64,000 bases of DNA. Origin: Bacteriovoracaceae bacterium UBA4573. GTDB taxonomy: Bacteria > Bdellovibrionota > UBA1018 > UBA923. A program made the translations under genes and the position numbers. This document shows positions 56,126-64,000 of this stretch, piece by piece. The notes under the pieces are model-generated. The model worked only from the letters and a program-made list of their open reading frames with translations. It was not told where the DNA came from and searched no databases. Where the stretch lies: positions 4,129-68,128 of the forward strand of contig DGKJ01000053.1 in NCBI GenBank assembly GCA_002387735.1, given 5' to 3'. Each line of letters starts with the position of its first letter. Position 1 is the first letter of the stretch.

Positions 56126-57574
56126 TTAATGTTCCTCGCTCAAAAAGGTGTGAATCTCATCGAGAGTGCAGCGATAAACGGCACCTTCATCTTCGACGGG
56201 CGAAAAAATAGTCCGCATCGGAATGCGGCGTTCTTTACACGGAGGATTTTCAGATCGACTAGTAACAACGTAATTGTAGTCGTGCGGATCAAGTCTTTTT
56301 CGTCGCAGATGATCACGGTCTATGGCGTAGGAATAGGGCAAGGGGCGGTGAAAGGTGTAATGGCCGCCCGAATAAATTCCATTCCATCCGTAAACAAGTA
56401 AACCGCGAACGTCAGTTTGGGCGCCCACCCAGGTTTCGAGTACTGAGGGAGTTTGATAATCATTCCAGCGAGTTTTTTTAGATCCACGCCAGGCGGCGAA
56501 CGATAAAAATAGCGTTAAAATTAAAACAAGAACTTGTCGGCGATACTGCCATTTCGTTGTTTCAAACCAGTATTGTAACACGAGGCCCGCTAGAGCCGCT
56601 CCCAGAACCGCGATGGGGTAGAAATAACGGTATTCTTTGTGGCCGAATAGAGTGTGGAGCAATAAAAGTGAAAGTGTGGCTCCCCAATACGGACGTAATT
56701 TTTTTGGTGAAAATGCGACTGCTAAAAAAAATAAAACGAATAGCGGTTCAGTCATGAATCGCCAGAGAAGTTCGAAGGCAAAGTAAAACGGTGTGACTCC
56801 ATCGCGGGCGGGCTTACCATCTATCAAATCAGCGTAGGCGTAGTGCAAAAACGGGCTGGTCCACTGGCCGTTGACCGCAGAGTTCAATAGCAAATCAAAT
56901 AATACGAAACCTAACCCCGCGACGAAAGCCCACTGAAATTTTCGGTATTGGCGGGTGAATAAAAACATTAGGCCAATCCAACCCAAAATTACGACGAAGG
57001 GGTATCGTAACGCACAGCTTAGTGCGATTAAACACAATCCCGCCATCAATTTACTGGGGCTTCCTTGGTCGAGCCAAACGAGTCCTACGAGCAGTAGCGG
57101 AAGCGCCAGCGCCGCAAGTTCGCCAAATGTTGAGTAACGTAAAAATTCTGGCGTAAGAAAAACGAAAAGGCCCGCCAACCAAGGCAGAGAACGCAAACCC
57201 AGTTTTCGTGCCACGGTCAAGATGAAATAACCCTTAGCCGCAAAGGTCACAGTGGCAAGCAAGATGCGCATAAGTGGCAAAACCACCTGACCGTCTGTGA
57301 GCCCCAGAGCATGGAATACACGCAGGATGGATCCGACCAAAAGTGGGGCTAACCAGCTTCGAACGCCTTGAACCCAGTCGACATCGAGTTCCCCGACGCG
57401 GTAAATCCAAGAGTAGGCTGGATTGAATGTTACCCAAATCTCGTCGACCCAGGCGCGGCTTTGAAAACAAAACGCGATCAAAACTTGCGCTGCGAATCCA
57501 AAAAGGCACACCGCTGCAAAGATGCGACTGCGTGATTGAAGCATATTTCTCAGAAATAATTTAATTGCTGCCAC
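56126..57574 (-). CDS. GT-C-fold polytopic membrane glycosyltransferase, paralog B (PIG-B/ALG9-like mannosyltransferase signature)
   Basis: 482 aa with 10 or more TM. An early-loop WVDEIWVTFNP motif resembles the DE-containing first-loop motif of Dol-P/Und-P-sugar-utilising GT-C enzymes. Its stop abuts the start of paralog A. Confidence 0.5.
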   Translation of the reverse strand: MAAIKLFLRNMLQSRSRIFAAVCLFGFAAQVLIAFCFQSRAWVDEIWVTFNPAYSWIYRVGELDVDWVQGVRSWLAPLLVGSILRVFHALGLTDGQVVLPLMRILLATVTFAAKGYFILTVARKLGLRSLPWLAGLFVFLTPEFLRYSTFGELAALALPLLLVGLVWLDQGSPSKLMAGLCLIALSCALRYPFVVILGWIGLMFLFTRQYRKFQWAFVAGLGFVLFDLLLNSAVNGQWTSPFLHYAYADLIDGKPARDGVTPFYFAFELLWRFMTEPLFVLFFLAVAFSPKKLRPYWGATLSLLLLHTLFGHKEYRYFYPIAVLGAALAGLVLQYWFETTKWQYRRQVLVLILTLFLSFAAWRGSKKTRWNDYQTPSVLETWVGAQTDVRGLLVYGWNGIYSGGHYTFHRPLPYSYAIDRDHLRRKRLDPHDYNYVVTSRSENPPCKERRIPMRTIFSPVEDEGAVYRCTLDEIHTFLSEEH

Positions 57575-57646
57575 AAGTCATTTTCCGCATGTTTAATGAG
57601 AGATGGGCCCATTGCATCATATCGGAGTTGATGAATCAATTGATCG

Positions 57647-58837
57647 ATGCTAACCCCTGTCTTTATGTCATCATCTTCGCCAATCGAACTCTCGATTGTA
57701 ATGCCCTGCCTCAATGAAGCCGAAACGCTCGAGGCGTGCATTAAAAAAGCTAAGAATTTTTTGGAGCGACACCAGATCGCCGGCGAAATTGTTGTTGGCG
57801 ACAATGGATCGACCGATGGGTCGCAACAAATCGCTGAACGATGCGGAGCTCGTGTAGTAAGCGTTCCGGTCAGGGGCTACGGCGCTGCACTTTATCATGC
57901 CACCCAAGCGGCTCGCGGCAGCTACGTCATCATGGGAGACTCCGACGATAGTTACGATTTTTCGGGGCTAATGCCGTTTGTCGAAAAACTGCGCGAAAAT
58001 TACGATCTAGTTATGGGGAATCGATTTTCCGGAGGCATTAAAAAAGGGGCAATGCCTTGGAAAAATCGGTACATCGGAAATCCTGCTTTGAGTGGAATCG
58101 GGCGGTTACTTTATAAGATTCCAGTTCGCGATTTTCACTGTGGACTACGTGGGTATTCAAAAAGCGCCTTTCAAAAAATGGACTTACATACCACTGGAAT
58201 GGAATTCGCCTCTGAAATGGTCATTAAAGCTTCGCTCAAAGGGATGCGCATAGTGGAAGTGCCGACCACCTTGCAGCCAGATGGGCGCTCGCGAGCACCT
58301 CATTTGCGCCCTTGGCGAGACGGCTGGCGCCACCTGCGCTTTATGTTGCTGTTTTCGCCCCGTTGGTTATTTTATTATCCGGGATTGGCGCTCATTTTAT
58401 CGGGCTTGCTGTTGGGAAGTTTGCTTGTCACTGGCCCGCTGGACATTGGTGGGATTCGACTAGATATTCACGCGCTGTTTTATTCCGCGATTGCAGTGAT
58501 AATCGGTTTTCAATCGGTTAGCTTTTATGCGTTAGCCCAAATTTCAGCAGTGCACAAAGGTTTGTTACCGGCCTCGAAGCGAATGCAGAAATTTTTAGAT
58601 CACTTTGTGATCGAAAAAGGTTTGGTCCTAGGCTTGTTGTTGTTCTTGGCTGGAGTCGTAGGGCTCCTGGTCGGTGTTGAGCAGTGGGGCCATTCCGAGT
58701 TTGCTAATATTGAACCGCGCCAAATGATGCGAATAGTGATTCCGTCAGGGTTGGCCGCCACGTTGGGTTTTAATATGATTCTTGCGAGTTTTTTCATGGG
58801 CGTCTTGCAGCTGCCGACGCGAAGGGAGCCAAAATGA
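57647..58837 (+). CDS. GT2-family polyprenyl-phosphate glycosyltransferase (ArnC/DPM1/GtrB-like) with C-terminal TM anchor
   Basis: IVMPCLNEAETL, VVGDNGSTDGS and DxD GDSDDS are present, with 2-4 C-terminal TM helices. Confidence 0.8.
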   Translation: MLTPVFMSSSSPIELSIVMPCLNEAETLEACIKKAKNFLERHQIAGEIVVGDNGSTDGSQQIAERCGARVVSVPVRGYGAALYHATQAARGSYVIMGDSDDSYDFSGLMPFVEKLRENYDLVMGNRFSGGIKKGAMPWKNRYIGNPALSGIGRLLYKIPVRDFHCGLRGYSKSAFQKMDLHTTGMEFASEMVIKASLKGMRIVEVPTTLQPDGRSRAPHLRPWRDGWRHLRFMLLFSPRWLFYYPGLALILSGLLLGSLLVTGPLDIGGIRLDIHALFYSAIAVIIGFQSVSFYALAQISAVHKGLLPASKRMQKFLDHFVIEKGLVLGLLLFLAGVVGLLVGVEQWGHSEFANIEPRQMMRIVIPSGLAATLGFNMILASFFMGVLQLPTRREPK

Positions 58838-60381
58838 AAGTCACCCTTGTTCAACCGCCGGCGTTAGTTGCGGTCGATAATTACTCCACCATTACGTTGC
58901 CCCCGCTAGGGATTGCCTACATTGCGGGCTATCTGCGAAGTCACCACCACGAGGTTACCGTGGTCGATGCGGTCGGTGCGGCCGTCCGAAAACTGGAACC
59001 ATGGCCCAAACGTAAGAAACGCCTTATTCAAGGTTTGAGTTTTGAAGAAATTTTGGAACGCATTCCCAGTGACACTCAGGTGATTGGTGTGACCTGTATG
59101 TTCACGCATGCCTGGCCAATGGTCCGTGATTTGTTGGCTGCGCTCAAAGAACGCTTTCCTAAGGCTTGGCTTGTTTGCGGAGGCGAACACATCACGTCGA
59201 TGCATCCAACCGTGCTCGAGCAGACGCCTGTTGATTTCTGTGTTCTGGGTGAGGGTGAGTATACCTTTCGAGAATTAATCGATTTGCTGGGCGCCGGCAA
59301 TCTTGAGCAGGCGCGCACAATTCAAGGCGTGGCTTACAAGAGTCAAGCGGGGCAAGTTGTTAAGAATGAACGCCGTCCACGCATTAAAGAAGTAGATAAC
59401 ATTCCTTGGCCAGCTTGGGATTTGATGGACCCCATGGCCTACAACGAAGCTGAGATTTATCAGGGGCCCCAAAGCAACGGAAAAACTATTCCGATGTTGG
59501 CCACTCGCGGATGCCCGTACCGCTGTACCTTTTGTTCCTCGCCCAACATGTGGACCCAACTGTGGAAGCCACGTGATCCGATCGACGTAGTTAACGAGAT
59601 CGAGTCGTACATGAAAAAGTACGGTGCTGCCGACTTTCAGTTTCAGGATCTTACTGCAATCGTAAAACGCGATTGGATACTAACTTTTTGCAAAGAAATA
59701 TTACGACGCGAATTAAAGATCACTTGGACTTTGCCTGCCGGTACGCGGTCTGAAGTTGTCGACGACGAATGCGCGAGTTACCTCATGCGTTCCGGATGCC
59801 AACATATTACTTTCGCTCCGGAGTCGGGTAGCCCAAGAATACTCGATCGCATTCAGAAACGAGTCGATTTAAACAGTCTCGAAGATTCTGCCAAGGCTTG
59901 TTTACGCAACGGCATGAAAGTCTGCCTATTTATTATCGTCGGATTTCCCTTCGAGGAAAAATCGGACATTCGTGCCACTTTCAAGTGGTTGCGCCACATG
60001 GCGCGTATTGGAGTTCATGAAGTGGCGACTGCTACTTTTGTGCCACTCCCTGGAACGCAGCTTTTTGGTGAGACTAGCGCGATTTCAAAAATCGAAGTCG
60101 ATGACGAGTACTGCCACTGGATGACTGCGGCTACCAGCATGTTGACGGTACGTTCGTGGAATCCTCGTTTTAGCGATCGCCAGATACTTTTTTATAAGCT
60201 CTACGCCATGGCTCAGTTTTACGCTGTATCGTATTTCTTTTATCCGAGCCGGGCATTTCGATTGATTCGCAATTTTATTTTGCACAAACAGGAAACCAAA
60301 GTAGACCGCGTTTTGCGCGAAATGGTGAACAAAACAGCAATTGTCTTAAAAACAAAGTTACTGTCAAAAAAAGCGTCATAG
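58834..60381 (+). CDS. B12-binding-domain radical SAM enzyme (class B; candidate methyltransferase)
   Basis: An N-terminal Rossmann-like B12-binding region is followed by the radical SAM cluster motif CPYRCTFC (CxxxCxxC). ATGA start/stop overlap with the GT2 gene. Confidence 0.8.
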   Translation: MKVTLVQPPALVAVDNYSTITLPPLGIAYIAGYLRSHHHEVTVVDAVGAAVRKLEPWPKRKKRLIQGLSFEEILERIPSDTQVIGVTCMFTHAWPMVRDLLAALKERFPKAWLVCGGEHITSMHPTVLEQTPVDFCVLGEGEYTFRELIDLLGAGNLEQARTIQGVAYKSQAGQVVKNERRPRIKEVDNIPWPAWDLMDPMAYNEAEIYQGPQSNGKTIPMLATRGCPYRCTFCSSPNMWTQLWKPRDPIDVVNEIESYMKKYGAADFQFQDLTAIVKRDWILTFCKEILRRELKITWTLPAGTRSEVVDDECASYLMRSGCQHITFAPESGSPRILDRIQKRVDLNSLEDSAKACLRNGMKVCLFIIVGFPFEEKSDIRATFKWLRHMARIGVHEVATATFVPLPGTQLFGETSAISKIEVDDEYCHWMTAATSMLTVRSWNPRFSDRQILFYKLYAMAQFYAVSYFFYPSRAFRLIRNFILHKQETKVDRVLREMVNKTAIVLKTKLLSKKAS

Positions 60382-60407
60382 TAAAAACAACGTTGGGGGG
60401 ATTTCGA

Positions 60408-61703
60408 ATGAAAAAGTTAGGACTACTTGGAGTCGTAGCGTTGATGAGCGCCTCTGGGGCGGCTCACGCAGTTGATACTTCGATGATCAAGTTTGAAGGG
60501 AATGCCCGGCTGAAGTATCAGTCCGACAATCGAGTCGATTACCAGAACAACCGTCGTTATACTCTATTGCGCGTTCGTCCTGGCATGACTGTCACGCCTA
60601 ATTCAAAAACTTCGCTTGTGATTGTTCCGCAGTTTGCAAAGGCCTTAGGGGAACCTACTCATATTAGTTCTTCAACAACTGCCAACACAGAAGTGTCAAC
60701 AAGCGGCAGTAGTTCGCTTGGTGCCCACGGTGAATTCGGTGTTTACGAGGCCTATGTCGGTTGGCAACCCTTGGGTTGGAGTGAGTTTTATTTTGGTCGC
60801 CAATCACTCAAATACGGTGACGGGCTGGTGATCGGCCAAGGGAACTGGGGCAATCATGGTCGTAGTTTCGATGCATTGAGAGCGCGGGCAAAGTATGGTT
60901 TGGGTTGGAGTGACTTATTGTTTTCGAAAATCAAAGAATACAACACGTCTGATTCTTCGACCATCGAGCGTGGCGACAAAGATCTCTGGGCTTTGTACAG
61001 TTCTTGGGATTTAGGACAGTATTTCAAAAATGTTGATCCCTATGTGTTTTACCAACGCGATCGATCGTCTTTTAATAGCGCGGTCAAAAGTGACCGCTAT
61101 ATTGCGGATCATCTGTGGACGGTCGGAGCCCGTCTCAGGTCGGACGTGGAGAAATTCGACTATCGTTTAGAGGTAAACAAACAATACACCTATTACACCG
61201 GAAAAGACGGTGTGCAGCTCAACGGAGATCAACAAAACGTAGAATTAGGTTACAACTTCGATTGCGAATGCAAACCGAGAGTGGCGGTAGAGTGGTTTAG
61301 GGCTTCCCGAAATTATCGGGAACTTTATCCGACAACTAACGAATTTCTTGGACGCGCCGACTTGTTTGGCCGAAGAAATATTATGGGATTCGGAATCAAG
61401 ACGTCGGGCTCGGCGGGGGATGATTGGAGCTGGGGCTTTGATTACTATAATTTTTCTCGCGAACGGAGCAGTCACACCGCTTATCGCACCAACGGAACCA
61501 CCTCGCTTGGTGGCGCGCAGTTGGGGGTTTCTAGGTTTTTGGGCCATGAGTTTGATCTAGGTTTGAAATACCAGGCTAACAAAAACCTGGATTTTAAGGC
61601 CGGTTATAACCACTTTGTGTCGAGCAAAAACTCCACGCTTCGCAAGTTGAATGGGTACACCCACGCCGGAATGGCGTTTTTGGCAATGGAGATGAAGTAC
61701 TAA
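60408..61703 (+). CDS. Outer-membrane beta-barrel protein (porin/alginate-export-like), putative
   Basis: Signal peptide MKKLGLLGVVALMSASGAAHA. Alternating beta-strand pattern, many Y/W/G, ends ..MEMKY. ATG 60408 with GGGGGG RBS is preferred. Confidence 0.45.
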   Translation: MKKLGLLGVVALMSASGAAHAVDTSMIKFEGNARLKYQSDNRVDYQNNRRYTLLRVRPGMTVTPNSKTSLVIVPQFAKALGEPTHISSSTTANTEVSTSGSSSLGAHGEFGVYEAYVGWQPLGWSEFYFGRQSLKYGDGLVIGQGNWGNHGRSFDALRARAKYGLGWSDLLFSKIKEYNTSDSSTIERGDKDLWALYSSWDLGQYFKNVDPYVFYQRDRSSFNSAVKSDRYIADHLWTVGARLRSDVEKFDYRLEVNKQYTYYTGKDGVQLNGDQQNVELGYNFDCECKPRVAVEWFRASRNYRELYPTTNEFLGRADLFGRRNIMGFGIKTSGSAGDDWSWGFDYYNFSRERSSHTAYRTNGTTSLGGAQLGVSRFLGHEFDLGLKYQANKNLDFKAGYNHFVSSKNSTLRKLNGYTHAGMAFLAMEMKY

Positions 61704-61871
61704 GCACCTGCCTTAACTTCAGGGTGCGTGGTGCGGGAGAGGTGGGCCCTTCTTCGAGGGCCTGCCAATTTGTCTTTAAACCGTCTAAAACTTAGACACT
61801 TTTCGTTTAGGCTAGCCTGGTTTGCTGCAGGGCTCCGACTGTGGTACCTCGTTTGCAACTTAGGAGGGTCT

Positions 61872-63101
61872 ATGAAGCACGCTTATCGTGGTTTTCGCGG
61901 TTCCTTAACGCTTTGTGCGGTTCTCGGTTTGATGGGGCCGTCGCTGGTTGTTCGCGCCCAGGAAGCTGATCCGGTCGTAACCCCGATTCTCGAAGCAGAC
62001 CCCGCGCCCGTCGCAGAGGCAGTGGCAAAGAGCCCCAAAAAGAAAAAGAAGGCGAAAAAACCGAAAAAATCGAAACGTAACACTGGCGTAGCCAGCGTGG
62101 AAATTCCACCCTCTGAACCTGCTGCGCCGGATGAGCCCGCGCTCAAAGACGCGACACCTCAAGAAATTCAGAAAATTTGTGCTGTGATGGAGCGAAAGAA
62201 ACGAGCCTCCTACGCGAAGTTCGAATCCGGTAAGGAACGGTTTGAGACTGAACGCAAATTGTACATGAAGAAGTTGGAGAAAGACTTAAACGCTGCATTG
62301 GCCCGCCCACAGCGGCTATTTACTAAGGCGATTGCGACTCTGTCTGAGGGCACAGATACTTCGAAAAATCAGGTTTCAGAGTTGGTAGAAATAATTCGAG
62401 CTTACGCTCACCCGGAATGGTTTGAAGGTGAAAATTCGTCATCTTATCGTGAGTTCGGTGAATTCATCGTCGAAGAAATTGCGATCATTGAAAAACAAGT
62501 TAGAAAAAATATTGATTCGAAATACTTTATCGATAGCGATGCACGATTAAAAGAGCAGGGCGTGCCATATCTTCGTGGCGAAACGGTCGATGTTCGTTTT
62601 TATCCGGCTGCCAAGTCTATCGGGGTGTCCGCGTGCGCTATGGATATCAATGATTTGTTGAAAGCCTATTTGAAAGGTGACACCAAGCCCCTCGAAACTT
62701 CGTTCTGGTGGAAAGGCTTCTCACAGCATCAAGAATTCAGGCCGTTGTGTATCAGAGTTGACCTCCCCGTATTAGACTTCGATCCGACTAAGGTTGATTT
62801 AAAGAGCGAGTTTAAAAAACGCTTGGAAAGCGCAATCAGCGAGGTTTCCGCCTGGACGCCGCCACCAGCTTATTACGACTCACTCGAAAAATATTTGGAT
62901 CATGTTTTGCCGAAGGTCTGTAGACCAAAGTCTGTCGAAAGTACGGAAGTATCCATTACGCCCGAGCCTGTGGAAACTCAGGCCGCCGGGGAAACACCAG
63001 TCGATGAGGCTACTCCGAACCAAGGCGAACAGCCGACGCAGGACAGTAGTGAAACCGGTGAAACTTCTGACAATAGTTCCGGTGATGACGTCGACCTATA
63101 A
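61872..63101 (+). CDS. Exported protein with Lys-rich (KKKKKAKKPKKSKR) segment and acidic Ser-rich C-terminus
   Basis: ATG 61872 with AGGAGGG RBS gives MKHAYRGFRGSLTLCAVLGLMGPSLVVRAQEA as signal peptide. No family recognised. Confidence 0.4.
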   Translation: MKHAYRGFRGSLTLCAVLGLMGPSLVVRAQEADPVVTPILEADPAPVAEAVAKSPKKKKKAKKPKKSKRNTGVASVEIPPSEPAAPDEPALKDATPQEIQKICAVMERKKRASYAKFESGKERFETERKLYMKKLEKDLNAALARPQRLFTKAIATLSEGTDTSKNQVSELVEIIRAYAHPEWFEGENSSSYREFGEFIVEEIAIIEKQVRKNIDSKYFIDSDARLKEQGVPYLRGETVDVRFYPAAKSIGVSACAMDINDLLKAYLKGDTKPLETSFWWKGFSQHQEFRPLCIRVDLPVLDFDPTKVDLKSEFKKRLESAISEVSAWTPPPAYYDSLEKYLDHVLPKVCRPKSVESTEVSITPEPVETQAAGETPVDEATPNQGEQPTQDSSETGETSDNSSGDDVDL

Positions 63102-63104
63102 TTG

Positions 63105-63893
63105 CTAGCGGCTATTACACGGTGGCAAATCGCCATCTTCACATATTTCAGTGATCGAATCGTCAAGGACACTGAGTCGCGGGTAGTACTTGCCCCTGCG
63201 GTAGTCTGTTTGACATTGACTCGTCAGCCACGTGTTGGAGTCGACGAAGTTGGAACTCACAGGGTACCCTTCGTGATTTATTTCTAAGAACGGCTCTAAA
63301 CCTGCTTGTTTGGGCCAGATAAACCGCAAGGTGTTTTTATCGATCGCTTTAAGTTCAATGGGCGCCGCTTCGGTATAACGCGTGAAATGCACCCAGCGCG
63401 CTCGCATCGCAGTGGCGGACTTCTTTGACGGACTTACAGTGTCGTCCTGCACGAAAACTCCGCGTGAATAAAAATAGAGTCGCCGTTTGGAACCCTCACG
63501 GGAAACCTTTTTTGATTCACCGCTCGTCAGGTGGCATTTCCAGTTCCCACTTGGCGAATAGGAAAGACGGCCCCTGATTGGGTTCACAGATGCGGCGGAC
63601 CGAGTATCTTCGGACCCATATCCTGATACGACTTTGTGGTGCTTCTTTTTTAGATCTGGAAGATTGATGGTGCATTGAGAAGTTACCTCCGCTGAGGTCT
63701 GGAGCGCCCATCCGTAGTCGAGCGTCTTAGCGATCGTAAATCCCATTTCAGAGCAAGGTCTGCATTGAGAAAGGCATGATAGTACAGATTCCGCACTTCG
63801 GAGAGTTTCTTTATCGACCTCGCCGTGCTGAGAGTAAGAATCAATAATTGGTTGAACGGCCATTTGGTATTGCTGCGTCAATTCGGCCGTCAT
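63105..63893 (-). CDS. Hypothetical protein
   Basis: 262 aa. No family recognised. Its ATG overlaps the stop of an upstream partial ORF. Confidence 0.35.
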   Translation of the reverse strand: MTAELTQQYQMAVQPIIDSYSQHGEVDKETLRSAESVLSCLSQCRPCSEMGFTIAKTLDYGWALQTSAEVTSQCTINLPDLKKKHHKVVSGYGSEDTRSAASVNPIRGRLSYSPSGNWKCHLTSGESKKVSREGSKRRLYFYSRGVFVQDDTVSPSKKSATAMRARWVHFTRYTEAAPIELKAIDKNTLRFIWPKQAGLEPFLEINHEGYPVSSNFVDSNTWLTSQCQTDYRRGKYYPRLSVLDDSITEICEDGDLPPCNSR

Positions 63894-64000
63894 GCTGCAG
63901 TCGAGAGCTCGTGGCGGGGCATCGGAAGAATCGGCTGATTGCAGAAAACACTCATTGGAGCTTGCGAGTTTTCGCAGCTGTGGGGGGCGCTTGGAGGCAG
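63890..64000 (-). CDS. Partial CDS (5' part beyond window end), C-terminal 36 codons ..LPPSAPHSCENSQAPMSVFCNQPILPMPRHELSTAA*
   Basis: Open minus-strand frame entering from the window edge. Its TGA overlaps the next gene's ATG (ATGA), an operon-coupling pattern. Confidence 0.25.
   Translation of the reverse strand: MPPSAPHSCENSQAPMSVFCNQPILPMPRHELSTAA

Noticed and set aside
61870-62162. Three nested minus-strand ORFs (79-87 aa) in the Lys-rich region
   Set aside because: They are antisense to the AAGAAA/AAAAAG lysine-codon tract of the 61872-63101 gene. Their phenylalanine-rich translations are a reverse-complement artefact.

Overview
This 64 kb window is a moderately GC-rich (~50%) bacterial chromosomal segment with 60 or more genes on both strands; the 5' ~1 kb is distinctly AT-rich. 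Gene content is consistent with a Bdellovibrionota-like deltaproteobacterium, but the taxon is inferred, not established: many exported hypothetical proteins, two UshA-type 5'-nucleotidases, prfC, yebC, photolyase, speD, PrkA, mtgA, ggt and a tRNA-His(GTG) with encoded G-1 and CCA. No CRISPR array, transposase, integrase or recognisable phage module is present. Three blocks stand out. (1) At 54.4-61.7 kb, two paralogous GT-C membrane glycosyltransferases sit next to an ArnC/DPM1-like polyprenyl-phosphate GT2, a translationally coupled B12-binding radical SAM enzyme and an outer-membrane beta-barrel; this is a candidate envelope-glycolipid modification system (possibly lipid A glycosylation). 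(2) At 47.7-49.9 kb, a signal-peptide-bearing 732-aa protein consists of two tandem ~280-aa protein-kinase-like repeats, one with a canonical catalytic-loop/DFG-like pair and one degenerate; it is flanked by an AAA_28 P-loop protein and an RGG-box protein. (3) At 36.6-38.8 kb, a tightly coupled trio of poly-gamma-glutamate-hydrolase-like, CofE-like gamma-glutamyl ligase and VUT/YhhQ-type transporter lies near ggt. Also notable are a speD-LysE-BpsA-like polyamine module, a secreted LAS-motif putative peptidoglycan hydrolase, an M49 DPP-III-like peptidase, and a partial O-antigen-ligase-like plus GT-C gene pair in the low-GC 5' end. All calls rest on motif-level reading of the translations; no searches were run.
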